NCBI GenBank assembly: GCA_950097015.1
Contig: CATNEN010000030.1
Coordinates: forward strand, 2,852,001-2,916,000
Length of the DNA: 64,000 nucleotides
DNA from: Macrostomum hystrix
Taxonomy: Eukaryota > Animalia > Platyhelminthes
Direction of reading: 5' to 3'
This document shows positions 23,691 to 36,600 of this stretch, in pieces; the stretch's first letter is position 1, and every line of letters starts with the position of its first letter. A program made the translations under genes and the position numbers. The notes beneath the pieces were generated by a model. That model searched no databases. It was not told the DNA's origin and saw only the letters and a program-made list of their open reading frames with translations.

Positions 23691-24367
23691 GATTCAGCTG
23701 GTCAAGTGCAAAAGTACCTGTGACTCTTATACTTACTTCATACTTAGCATCAGCAATAGCTGAAATCTTTAAAAATAAAAACAGCCATAGACAAAAAATG
23801 GCTGTTCTAATTTGTTCCTTAAATTGTAGGGGTGCCGACAATGAGGATTGGAATTTGAATTCGCGATTCTTTCGCGCTTAACAAAGAGTACAATTTATTC
23901 ACCTGTCAGTCCCGGCTGCAAGTGTTAATAAATCAGTGCTCATTGGTTTTTATTTACTTGTTATTTAGTTTTTTAGAAGGTCAATTCAAAGCTGCCGTGT
24001 TTGAACTCACTGGTATTCATCCGATGCGAGAGGGCACAACTGCCGCTGTTCCGCTAAATGACTACGCAGAGAATCAACAGTCCGGTGAGGCCAGTATATT
24101 CTGCATTATTCGAATTCACTAACTACAGATATTTGATTGACAGGTTTTGTAATACACGAACAGCTTAAACACAGTGCGTCCGTACGTTTATTTATTCCAG
24201 CATTTAGATTCCTCTGCTTAAATGTGCCTAGATTCTTCAGTAATTATCCATAGATTTGTCTTTTGTAGTCTATAGACAATAGATTTTCAATCACGAGCAT
24301 AATCTATAGGTTCATCCTTTATAATTTATAGATGCGACGATTTTTAATGGCACATTACAGTCTACAG

Positions 24368-25821
24368 CAGGGGTCGGCAAAATCTGGCCCTCGAAGCTCC
24401 CTAATCCGGCCCTTGCTCCTTCCAACACCTATAGTATCCTGTCTCATCTCTTCGGTCTCATCCCTCCCGTGTCTCATCTCTCCCCTGTTTCATCTATCCT
24501 GTGCCTCATCTCTCCCCTGTTTCATCTATCTTGTGCCTCATCTCTCCCCTGTTTCATCTATCCTGTGCTTCATCTCTCCCCTGTTTCATCTATCCTGTGC
24601 TTCATCTCTCCCCTGTTTCATCTATCCTGTGCCTCATCTCTCCCCTGTTTCATCTATCTTGTGCCTCATCTCTCCCCTGTTTCATCTATCCTGTGCTTCA
24701 TCTCTCCCCTGTTTCATCTATCCTGTGCCTCATCTATCCTGTCTCTCATCTCTCCCCTGTTTCATCTATCTTGTGCTTCATCTCTCCCCTGTTTCATCTA
24801 TCTTGTGCTTCATCTCTCCCCTGTTTCATCTATCCTGTGCCTCATCTATCCTGTCTCTCATCTCTCCCCTGTTTCATCTATCTTGTGCTTCATCTCTCCC
24901 CTGTTTCATCTATCCTGTGCCTCATCTCTCCCCTGTTTCATCTATCTTGTGCTTCATCTCTCCCCTGTTTCATCTATCCTGTGCCTCATCTATCCTGTCT
25001 CTCATCTCTCCCCTGTTTCATCTATCTTGTGCTTCATCTCTCCCCTGTTTCATCTATCCTGTGCCTCATCTCTCCCCTGTTTCATCTATCCTGTGCTTCA
25101 TCTCTCCCCTGTTTCATCTATCTTGTGCTTCATCTCTCCCCTGTTTCATCTATCCTGTGCCTCATCTCTCCCCTGTTTCATCTATCCTGTGCCTCATCTA
25201 TCCTGTCTCTCATCTCTCCCCTGTTTCATCTATCTTGTGCTTCATCTCTCCCCTGTTTCATCTATCCTGTGCCTCATCTCTCCCCTGTTTCATCTATCAT
25301 GTGCTTCATCTCTCCCCTGTTTCATCTATCCTGTGCCTCATCTCTCCCCTGTTTCATCTATCCTGTGCCTCATCTCTCCCCTGTCTTATCTATCCTGTGC
25401 TTCATCTCTCCCCTGTTTCATCTATCCTGTGCTTCATGTCTCCTCTGTTTCATCTTTCCTGTGCCTCATCTCTCCCCTGTTTCATCTATCCTGTGCCTCA
25501 TCTCTCCCCTGTCTCATCTATCCTGTGCTTCATCTCTCCCCTGTTTCATCTATCCTGTGCCTCATCTCTCCCCTGTTTCATCTATCCTGTGCCTCATCTC
25601 TCCCCTGTCTTATCTATCCTGTGCTTCATCTCTCCCCTGTTTCATCTATCCTGTGCTTCATGTCTCCTCTGTTTCATCTTTCCTGTGCCTCATCTCTCCC
25701 CTGTCTCATCTATCCTGTGTCTCATCTCTCCCCTTTCTCATATTCTTGTAGTCAATGCGGCCCGCTGTCGTCTTTTAGGTTCTCTCCGCGGTTCGCACGC
25801 TATTAAGTTTGCCGACCGCTG
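24368..25821 (+). mobile_element. hAT (Charlie-like) non-autonomous element with expanded internal satellite, copy 2
   Basis: TIRs CAGGGGTCGGCAAA and TTTGCCGACCGCTG; 8-bp flanks GTCTACAG/GTGAACAG (6/8); arms homologous to 10373-11013; about 1.3 kb of internal 16-bp repeats. Confidence 0.85.
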
Positions 25822-25871
25822 GTGAACAGATTTGTCGAGTATAATCCATAGATTTAAGTTTTAGACTATCG

Positions 25872-26055
25872 ACTAAACTATAAACTAAACTATAGACTAA
25901 ACTATAGACTAAACTATAGACTAAACTATAGACTAAACTATAGACTAAACTATAGACTAAACTATAGACTAAACTATAGACTAAACTATAGACTAAACAA
26001 TAAACTAAACTATAGACTAAACTATAGACTAAACTATAGACTAAACTATAGACTA
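25872..26055. repeat. 12-bp minisatellite GACTAAACTATA
   Basis: Direct periodicity. Confidence 0.95.
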
Positions 26056-26138
26056 GTCGATTATAACCGATAGAAATGTCTATAATAGCCTTTCGGCAAC
26101 TGCAGTCTCTAGAAGCATTTCCGACCCCATTTTTACAG

Positions 26139-26678
26139 AAGAATCAGAATGATAGCCAGGTATTGTACAGCAGCTACTACAGTAGCCGAACCTCAGGGCT
26201 GAGAAAAGAGGTTATCATCAGCTTGTCTGTGACTGCCAGCCTGCTCTTGGTCCTGGCTATCACAGTTTTAACCGTTGTGCTGCGGCTGAAGATGCAACAG
26301 CAGAAATTTATGCCATCCAAGGACAGAAAGCGAAGAGCCACAGAAGCGAATGGCAGAAGCAGCAATAGAAAGAGTGATGATCATATCTCAGGGCGCACAA
26401 ATGCGAGCAGTATGCGCTCTAGCAATCGATCAGCGAAGTCCATCGGCAGCGAGCGACAAGCGAAGTCCATCGGCAGCGAGCAACATGTCAGCGATCAACG
26501 CAGCAGAGACCGAATTAGAATAGAAAACGAAAATAAAAGCGTCAGCAGTTCCAACTGCCACCGTCCGTCTAGCAGCTGCCGAGGAGGCGCGGCGATGCGA
26601 CACGGCTCAATCACCTGCAGCAGCTACCCGCGTCGAGCTTCAACCTCGTCAAGCCGACGATGTCGCAGTGTTAACTAA
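26139..26678 (+). CDS. Possible exon encoding a single transmembrane helix plus a basic, Ser-rich tail; gene unidentified
   Basis: Acceptor-like ttttacAG at 26137-26138; VIISLSVTASLLLVLAITVLTVVL followed by RLK/KDRKRR (positive-inside pattern). No family recognised. Confidence 0.3.
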   Translation, partial: KNQNDSQVLYSSYYSSRTSGLRKEVIISLSVTASLLLVLAITVLTVVLRLKMQQQKFMPSKDRKRRATEANGRSSNRKSDDHISGRTNASSMRSSNRSAKSIGSERQAKSIGSEQHVSDQRSRDRIRIENENKSVSSSNCHRPSSSCRGGAAMRHGSITCSSYPRRASTSSSRRCRSVN

Positions 26679-26692
26679 GCTTATAAAAAACA

Positions 26693-28176
26693 GACCCTGC
26701 AATCTAAATGATGGGCTGCCTGTTCAAAGAATGCTTTAGACCCTGCAGTCTAGATGATGGGCTGCCTGTTCAAAGAATGCTTTAGACCCTGCAGTCTAGA
26801 TGATGGGCTGCCTGTTCAAAGAATGCTTTAGACACTGCAGTCTAGATGATGGGCTGCCTGTTCAAAGAATGCTTTAGACACTGCAGTCTAGATGATGGGC
26901 TGCCTGTTCAAAGAATGCTTTAGACACTGCAGTCTAGATGATGGGCTGCCTGTTCAAAGAATGCTTTAGACACTGCAGTCTAGATGATGGGCTGCCTGTT
27001 CAAAGAATGCTTTAGACCCTGCAGTCTAGATGATGGGCTGCCTGTTCAAAGAATGCTTTAGACACTGCAGTCTAGATGATGGGCTGCCTGTTCAAAGAAT
27101 GCTTTAGACACTGCAGTCTAGATGATGGGCTGCCTGTTCAAAGAATGCTTTAGACACTGCAGTCTAGATGATGGGCTGCCTGTTCAAAGAATGCTTTAGA
27201 CCCTGCAGTCTAGATGATGGGCTGCCTGTTCAAAGAATGCTTTAGACACTGCAGTGTAGATGATGGGTTGCCTGTTCAAAATGCTTTAGACACTGCAGTC
27301 TAGATGATGCATGGGCTGCCTGTTCAAAGAATGCTTTAGACACTGCAGTCTAGATGATGGGCTGCCTGTTCAAAGAATGCTTTAGACACTGCAGTCTAGA
27401 TGATGGGCTGCCTGTTCAAAGAATGCTTTAGACACTGCAGTCTAGATGATGGGCTGCCTGTTCAAAGAATGCTTTAGACACTGCAGTCTAGATGATGGGC
27501 TGCCTGTTCAAAGAATGCTTTAGACACTGCAGTCTAGATGATGGGCTGCCTGTTCAAAGAATGCTTTAGACACTGCAGTCTAGATGATGGGTTGCCTGTT
27601 CAAAAATGCTTTAGACCCTGCAGTCTAGATGATGGGCTGCCTGTTCAAAGAATGCTTTAGACACTGCAGTGTAGATGATGGGTTGCCTGTTCAAAGAATG
27701 CTTTAGACACTGCAGTCTAGATGATGGGCTGCCTGTTCAAAGAATGCTTTAGACACTGCAGTCTAGATGATGGGCTGCCTGTTCAAAGAATGCTTTAGAC
27801 ACTGCAGTCTAGATGATGGGCTGCCTGTTCAAAGAATGCTTTAGACACTGCAGTCTAGATGATGGGCTGCCTGTTCAAAGAATGCTTTAGACACTGCAGT
27901 CTAGATGATGGGCTGCCTGTTCAAAGAATGCTTTAGACACTGCAGTCTAGATGATGGGCTGCCTGTTCAAAGAATGCTTTAGACACTGCAGTCTAGATGA
28001 TGGGCTGCCTGTTCAAAGAATGCTTTAGACACTGCAGTCTAGATGATGGGCTGCCTGTTCAAAGAATGCTTTAGACACTGCAGTCTAGATGATGGGCTGC
28101 CTGTTCAAAGAATGCTTTAGACACTGCAGTCTAGATGATGGGCTGCCTGTTCAAAGAATGCTTTAGACCCTGCAGT
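26693..28176. repeat. 46-bp minisatellite, about 32 highly homogeneous copies
   Basis: Unit AGACACTGCAGTCTAGATGATGGGCTGCCTGTTCAAAGAATGCTTT; GAATGC at 26821 and 26867. Confidence 0.98.
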
Positions 28177-28902
28177 CAGACGTTGCTATCTATCAACATC
28201 ATAGTTCTGGGTCCTGGATGTTGTACACTCAGTTGTTAAAAAAAATAATTTTACATTGCGTAATACTTTACGTTTTTGCATATTCGTACAAAGCTAAACT
28301 AGACACATACATGTAAATGTCAAAATACATTTGTAAGAGGCCACATTTAATTGCAAAGCAGTGCCTAAAACTAAAATCGTCCAAAATACGTAATATTATC
28401 GACCATTTTGTGTGCCTTAACATCTGGAAATATACTCGTATTAAATATTCAGACAAGGCTAGCATGTTATAATCTATTTACACTCGGACGGCTTTGAAAG
28501 TAAGCTCATTGTAAAGGGCGGAATTTCCGCTATCAGTTACTGCTCAAAGTTTATGGAGATTTATTTAAACCAGTTGCGATTCACTCAATTGCATCGAGCT
28601 AAACAGCCTAGACAGCATATCCCAGCTTGCTACTTGAGCACTCGCTTTGCTTTGTTTCACGAAACAGACTTCAATTGTGTAGCCAGGTTGAGTCTATTCT
28701 CAACTATTTTTTATTGCAGCCTTGTAAACCCAGTTTTATTTGTCTAGCCTAAAACTGTCTCGAGAAAACTGAATAAGCTTTACTACTCAGCCACGAAGTT
28801 ATTAAGCGTCAAGAGCTGATCTCCACATGCTGAGCAAAGTAGAGCAAAGCAAAGCAAAAGAAAATAAAAAAAAGAAACAACACATACACATAGCACTCAC
28901 AG

Positions 28903-29284
28903 CCTGTTTCCAGCAACTCGATTAGCCTATTTCCAGCAACTCAATTAGACTATTTCCAGCAACTCGATTAGCCTATTTCCAGCAACTCGATTAGCCTATT
29001 TCCAGCAACTAGATTAGCCTATTTCCAGCAACTCAATTAGACTATTTCCAGCAACTCGATTAGCCTATTTCCAGCAACTCGATTAGCCTATTTCCAGCAA
29101 CTAGATTAGCCTGTTTCCAGCAACTAGATTAGCCTGTTTCCAGCAACTCGATTAGCCTATTTCCAGCAACTAGATTAGCCTGTTTCCAGCAACTAGATTA
29201 GCCTGTTTCCAGCAACTCGATTAGCCTGTTTCCAGCAACTCGATTAGCCTATTTCCAGCAACTCGATTAGCATATTTCCAGCAA
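28903..29284. repeat. 23-bp minisatellite TTTCCAGCAACTCGATTAGCCTA
   Basis: Direct periodicity, about 16 copies. Confidence 0.96.
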
Positions 29285-31021
29285 TTGGAACAGTCGATAC
29301 TCCTGTTACCGTGTTATCGTGCACAGCAAGCAATAAAAAAACAGTAAGATGATAGATACCAGTTAAAAAATTTATGATGAAATGATAAACGTTCTGACTG
29401 ACTGAGCGCTAAGGTAGCGGCCACACTCGGGAACTGTGTAACTAATATAAATCAGTGTATTTGTTAAATTATATCGCGGCCCCAATTAGCTTCTAAAAGC
29501 TTCTTAAAGATAATTAGGAACTGGAGTTTTTACTTATTTGAAGTGGGATAAAATATATTGAAACAACCCGGACATCGCGCCAACAATGTGGTCTATTGAA
29601 GTTAAATAGCTGTTACCATTATTTTGGTCGAATTAAATTCTAATAGAGCTAGACAGCTAATAGGCTGACGGACTGATAATCAGAAAAATCCGCAAAAACA
29701 TTACTGCAGTTGCGTTACAGACTCACCAATTTAAATTAGAAGCAAGGGAAATGGCTTATAAAGTAAAAAACGACAATAAGAATAATAGTTTGTAATAACA
29801 AAGAAAACGAAAAAATGAAAGCAGACAAGGTAAAACTCTGAAACAAGAAATTGTCTCTTTAAAAAAAATATTCAGGGCCAGTAGAAGCGGATGAATTCGG
29901 GCGCTGGGCGTGCTTGTTATTGTTATTAATTTTCTTCTTCTTTTTATTTGCGCAGAAGTGCTGCTATCCGGTTAAAAAAATTCAACACGAATAGTAAAAA
30001 ATAACTTTACATGATAGCGGCCGCGCTAAGCTGGTTACTAGCCAAGTTTATCTATGACAACTGAGCCGATAATCTGATACTAAAGACGATTTTGATTTGC
30101 TAAACAAAAGTAAACAAAGTACTTTTTTACTCCGATGGTAAGTCAGCCTTCCAAATCTGATTGGGTGAGTCGCCCCTGCTTGGATTGAGGGCTAGCTAAA
30201 GAGGGACTAGACAAACGAGGCCTCCTTAAAAAAATTAAAACGAAACTAGATCAGACATGGCTGAGTAGGATTAAGGGCGCGATGGCGACATGATTAATAA
30301 TCATGCACACTACAAGCTAATAGTAGTATGGTATGAAAATGGGCTATGATTGTATCGCAAAAAAACAATAATATAATGCACGAGCCTGCAGGAAGAGATG
30401 AAGGCGGCAAATGGTTTGGGAGAATAGCGTTGTAAAAAGGAAATAGCAAAAGTCCGACACAGCTACAGTTGTTGCTGTTAGTTGCAGCTCTATAAATGGC
30501 ATTGCAGTCCGACCCAATGCAGTCTTAAATATTTTTCTAATGGACTAATAAAAAATAATAGTAGTACAAATACCACTGCTTTTTAGTTGCATAATACAAC
30601 ACAGATTGAAAGGAACCGAGAGAGAGAGGCATTTAAATAAAACTGATCGACGAAATCAATGAGCTAATGACGTATTTATTATGGAACTACAGAACAGCTT
30701 AGCTCTGCAGCCACACGATGACGCGTTTTTGTTTTCAAATGATTCAATTACCAACAGCAAGCTAATCATTTACGTGAATAGAAAATGCATGACAGCATCG
30801 GACGCGAACAGCTGATGCGTCTCCGGTGAGCGAATCGAATACGAGAAGAAGGAAAGAGAATGATAACAATACATATATATGCATAGTATATATAGCAGCT
30901 TCCAAGGCGACAGTTGCGTTAGTGATTCTATTTTAGTATGTGGAGTCTCTAGGATGGAGTCGCGGGGTGGTGGGGCAGAACAATCGGCGACTATTGCTGA
31001 GCAGTCCTGGAGCAGCAAAGC

Positions 31022-33667
31022 TCAGTGCTGCTCCGTCAGGTGGGTGTTCAGCGCCCGGAGGCCGTATAGAAGGCTGGCCTGCATTCTCGAGTCCATGATT
31101 ACTAGGTTGACATGAACCTGAAGGGCGTTGGGGATGCGCGGTAATTGCCATAGACATTTCTGCTGGGACCCAGCGCATTGTGCGGTAAAACAGCAGCTGT
31201 GATCTGTTCTTACCTTTTCTGATTGCTTGAAGCCGGGCATGGCGTTCTTGTAGTGCGCCTTAGTGACCTGATCCGGGCAGCAAGCAACTAATTTGCAGTA
31301 CTTCTTCAGATCAATGTTAAGCAGCTTGTTGATCGAGTTATAGTCGTAGTCGTCGTGTCTGAGGCCGAATATGCTCAATATATAGTACCAGATGGCCCGC
31401 CGGAATGGCGCAGTTTCCACATCCCTATTAGCGCCCATTGTTCCATAGGTGAGGTTGAAGGAGGCCTGGAATCTGCTGTCTAATTCGGCGCCAAAACTGG
31501 GCAGGAAGCGGTCAATTAGGCAGCTGCCGTCCTCCTCCCAGGAATAATCTTGAATGCGGAAGCTGCGGCACTTGGTGTCCTGCTTGGCCAGGTGGAAGTC
31601 TTTGTAGTCAAAGTTGGGCTCGTCGCAGAAGTTCACCAGCTCGGCGCAGACCTGCTCGGCGCTGCTGTCGCCGCTGCACAGCTGCTCCTTGGAGGCGGCT
31701 TTGTGGAATCGAATCCCGGCTGTCTCCTCCTCCATGGTCTCGAAGCGTTCGAGCAGTTGCTCCTCTGGCAGGCCGGTCTCCTCTGCTCGGTCAATGCTCT
31801 TCATGGCCTCCATCAGGTCCAGGACGCGCTGCTTAGGGTCGGTCTGCAAACCAAACGGATGACAAAGCCCTATAGCCTACTTGTGGATGTAAGTAGCATC
31901 TGCAGCGGCAACTAATAATTCAGCGGAAGTCAGCCATCATAGCAGAGATCGAAATGTCATGGATGATTAGGCGCTTAGTATCACAGTAGTGCACAAAATA
32001 AATGTCTCGCTAAGTTAAAACGAATATTTGCTATGTTGCTCTCCCTAAAACTTTTACTCGCCAATTTGGAGAATAATAAGAAATAGACAGCGCGCGCAAA
32101 GCTGGGATTCTGGGATCGGGTCAAGAGAAAATGATGCAGGGAGACGGAGAGGAGATTTGGGAATTAGAGGCCGGGCTGCGGGTGGGGAAGCGGTGCGGGA
32201 CAGGGCCGATGGAAACACAGAGAGTACACACCGAAGTGTTAGGGAGAGAGGAGGCGGCACTGGAAAAACCTGGGGAATTTCCACAAGGCTTCAGCAGCGA
32301 GTCTGAACTACGCCAACGGACGGACTGAGCGGGCGCTTGAATGGCTGCTAAAAGGGCTCAGAATGCAGGGCTGCATTGCGGGGGCGGCAGTGCGAGGCAG
32401 AAAGAGGGAAAGAGGACGAACATGCAAATAAAAGAAGCTGAGTCACAGCTCAAAAACTAGAAAGAAAAAGAAGTGCATAGCAAATACTAAAGCCTGAAGT
32501 AGAAGCGTATAAATGGATAGTAGCTTTAGCGAACACAGGATCCTGGAGAATTAGCGGGCTGAAATTATAGAGGAACTCAGGGCGAAGTAATCGAAATAAA
32601 GTAACGAAAGATCGAGATCTGAAGTAATACGGAATGAAGAAAGGAAGATCTAGGGTTAAGGGCCTGAAGTAGCGGAGGATCTAGGCTTTTAAGGGCCTGA
32701 AGTAGCGGAGGATCTAGGGGTTTAGGGGCCTGAAGCAATGGAAGATCTAGGGTTTTAGGGGCCTGAAGCAATGGAAGATCTAGGGTTTTAGGGGCCTGAA
32801 GTAACGGAGGTTCGTGGAGGGGCAAAAAGCGACACTCACCCCTGGACTGGAAGGAGCAGGGCTAGACGGCACTCCGCAGCTGCCGTTCATGCTGCCGCCG
32901 GCATAAAATCCGAATCGATCGCTGTCGCATCGGTAGGTGTGGCCGTGTGGGAAGTCCAGCTCTGGCCGAACCCCGGTGCCTGCAATGAAGCCCGATAAGG
33001 CCACAAAGTGGGACAGGAGGCAGAGGGCGTGCACGAATTCGCTCTGTGAATAAGAGTCCGGACCAGACAGGAGGCTGCGCAGCACAGTCGGTGTGACATC
33101 CCAGGGTCGGTGGGCCAGCAGGCGGCACAGTGGGCCAAGTTTGCGCATCTTCGGCGACGCGTGAGCCAGGCCGCGCAGCCAGGCGGGATCGCCGTTCAGA
33201 TGCAGAAATTCTATAGCGTGCAGGTGCACCAGGTAAGAGCAGCGGTGCCTGGCCGCAGCCTAAAATGAATTGCGCAAGAACAGTGGAATGAGAAATAGGA
33301 AATTTAAATTGTTCTTTGGTCTGACATCCACAATTGAGATGGGAGCTAACCATAATGGCCAGGTAGTGCCGTTCTGCAGCACCGATTGGTCCGCTGCCCT
33401 GCAGCAGGGTGTTGTGAAAGTGCAAGAAAATAGCCAGGTAATCCGGATGATAGGCCATGACGTGAAAGACGTTGCAGCACCTGTGCCAATCGTGAAACTG
33501 GTCCAGTAGTAGCGCTTGGCTCCGCTCAACTTGCGCCGGATCGAGTCCGTGCCCAGAGGAGACAGCAATGGCGTCAGAAGCTGCGACAGGCTCCAGGGCA
33601 CCGACGTCGGTGTCATCCTCGCCGTCGCCATTCAGCGTGTTAAAATGACGCCGTCTGGAGGCGGATT

Positions 33668-33699
<32 letters not shown>

Positions 33700-36600
33700 A
33701 TTGTTGGATCTAGTGGCACCAGGTCGCATTGGCGAATAAAGTTAGAGGCTCGATCGTTGCGTGGTCGGGGCACTCGCATATTTAACGACTCCTGCAAGAG
33801 GGATTGAATGGCGTCGTTAGTTTTGGCGTTCTCGCCGTCCACTACTGCTGCTGCTGATTCTGATGCGGGTGCGTTGGCGACTGCCTCGGACTGCTGTTGA
33901 TCCTTCTGACGCAAACTATCACGGTAGCGATCAGCCAGCATGCGATAATATTCAGTATCCGCTCGGCTCCACTCTCTGCTATTACTACTGGCTGTGCTTC
34001 GCTTACGTTGAATACTGGCGCCTAAACTATTTGATAAGCTAGATAATGCTGAGTTGGGGTCCGGGGAGACTCCGGAAGTCGCTTTCTGAGGCGACGAACG
34101 CTTGCGACTTGTCTGCCTGGTTGGCATTGGCTCTGTGGCGGCTTCTCGTGTCATTTAATCGTAATCTTAAGCAAGATGACAGAATGAGGCTCGAATTTTG
34201 CTATCTTAAAGAACGGGCTAATTGATGGGCTGTGAGACCTCAGGGGCTCGAAATATATAGACACAACATTGTGGCGTGGAGGTGAGGAGGAGCGTCAACT
34301 AATTTAGAGTCTCAAGGCCTTCATCGGCATTGTTTATAGCATGACTCCACACCCACTGAAAGGAAAAAGAAGTTTCATCAGCTATGGGGGTTAGTGGGGG
34401 GAATTCCACTTCGGGGTTCCCCTCACCCCACCCAAATGCGAGAGTGGCCTTGAAAATGAAACAGAACGGAGCGCTGCCATTGGCTGGGCCAGGGCTGTTT
34501 GAAATGGCAAGGACAGAGGGGTGAACAGGGTTAAATGGGGTGGTGGGCTGAGAGCTGACGGCAAAGCACGCATGATGCTAATGGTGTTTCGAGTTCACAT
34601 TCAAACCGCATCTAAAACAAGTGGTTTGAGATGGCGCTTACCCCAGCTGTCAGTTTACAGCTCTACAGAATGACCTAATTTGCACTTTGAACCCGCGTCT
34701 TCTAAGCGACAGTTCAATTCCGGAATTGCAGACCAGATAAAAATTGCGACTTATGGACTATTTTTAGTTCAATTTTGTATATATCACAGGATCACTTTTT
34801 AAATAGTAAATAGTAAATAGTAAATAGTAAAATAGTAAAAAAGTTTAAATAGTAAAAAATACTAAATAGTCTCAACAAGGTTCCTACTAATAGGAATCGG
34901 AATAGGAGTTGAGTACAAATTTCTTGTACGGGTTGGAAAGACCAGTGTTGACACAGAGCAAACACGCGAGTGGCAAGGCTCCTTCGATTTACTTTGGCGG
35001 GCGTAAGCGATAGAGGTAGGCTTGCAATTGCTAGCAATGGCGAACCATAACATCCTTAGTAAAATTTGCACTAAGAACGCACTGTCAAAATATTTTTGTG
35101 AACTCAAGAGGGGCAGGGAAAGCTACGAGTACATTTTCTAAATAATTAAGCAGTTAGCATTTCTACTTTCCCAAAAGTAGAAATTATTAAAAAAAGTAAA
35201 TATATATTAACTGCAAGGAATTTTTACGCCATTCTAGATTAGTAAAAGCATTAATATTGTGGGTTCTTGGAGCTATCAATCAGAATCAGGCCAGTCCAGA
35301 GACAGAATCTGGTCGTGCGATAAGGTTCGACTGTTCAAAAGATAATAAATAACTAAATAACGAGGACTGCAGGCGGCACACTTAAATGAAGATAAGATGG
35401 ATGGACGGGCGGAAGCAATATACACGGACGGAATGAATATACACTGCACAGCCCATACACACACACACACACCGTTGGTTGTAGGTAGTCAAACAGCACA
35501 CAGCAGCTAATACTAATATCCATTCTGCATCCGGTATCCCTTCCTCACTTTATCTTTAACGGCGACTCCAGGCTAAAGAGGAAATCACTAGAAGACTTAT
35601 TTGCACTTTTAGTAGCCATTTTCTATCCGAGAAGATAAACCTTTCCGCATTTATCTTAGCTTTCCGTTAATATATTTAGTTCAGCGCAGTTCAACTAACA
35701 AACTCTTATTGGCAGTAGGTTCTTAATATTTCACTGTATATTTCCATAGCCTTACATTTTCGGTCTTCTGCAATACAAGCGTGACAATGTGCTACACATG
35801 CTATGTAGCTAGCTACCAAGAAGCGAAGCCTATAAAATGGACTAAGGTTCACGAGGAGGCAGATTTCAGAATTCTCAGTGTGAGTCGAGAAAGTCGGCGA
35901 AAAGTACAGAAGTAGACCGGATAGCGACTAACAAATTAGAGGCTCATTAATGAAGGAAAAGGAACGAAACGCTGATGAAGAACTGGCACTAGCTCCTTTA
36001 GTTGCTAAGGGCAGCGAGCGAGCCAGGTAGACGAGGCGGGCAGGCAGGTAGGCGAGAAGAGGCAACGAAATGATGCTAAAGCAGTGATTAATTTCTTTGC
36101 AATTCTAAACACAGCACAGTCCTTGCTTAGTTGTTCAGCAGTTCCTTGCCTATACTCAGTGGGTTTAATATGCATGCGCTGGTCTAAAAAATTGGTGAAA
36201 AACGGAAACTGCTCGATTTATCAGTTTCTCATCGACGATGCATTCATTTATTATTTAGTAAGCAAACACTGGCTGTTAGATCAGTTGATTTAGTTAATTT
36301 AGTTAGGAGTTGTAGATGCTGTAGATGTTGTTGATGTGGGAGCTTGTATTTAGATATTGGGGCTTCTGACTGAAAGGTCGGGAGTTCGAATCGGGAGGCT
36401 CTTGAGGAGGAGACTTAATTCTCATTAAAATGGTTACAATCATCAGCTGGATTTGAAAATAGAGTGGGTGTGGCACTTACAGTCCACGGACAGAATAACG
36501 TACATGTAGCTTTAGGAAGCGCCGCACAATAGACGCGGCTGTACAGTACACCTGGCCTAACTGAACTAGGTGTCATTCCTGCGTTTTATCTTATTATCTG

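Noticed and set aside
24332-25825. 497, 445 and 416-aa hydrophobic repeat ORFs
   Set aside because: Stop-free pyrimidine-rich satellite inside a MITE; open in all three plus frames.
26693-28176. Regular 46-bp repeats as a possible CRISPR array (likewise 50870-51590 and 23325-23690)
   Set aside because: No unique spacers, no cas genes, eukaryotic context.
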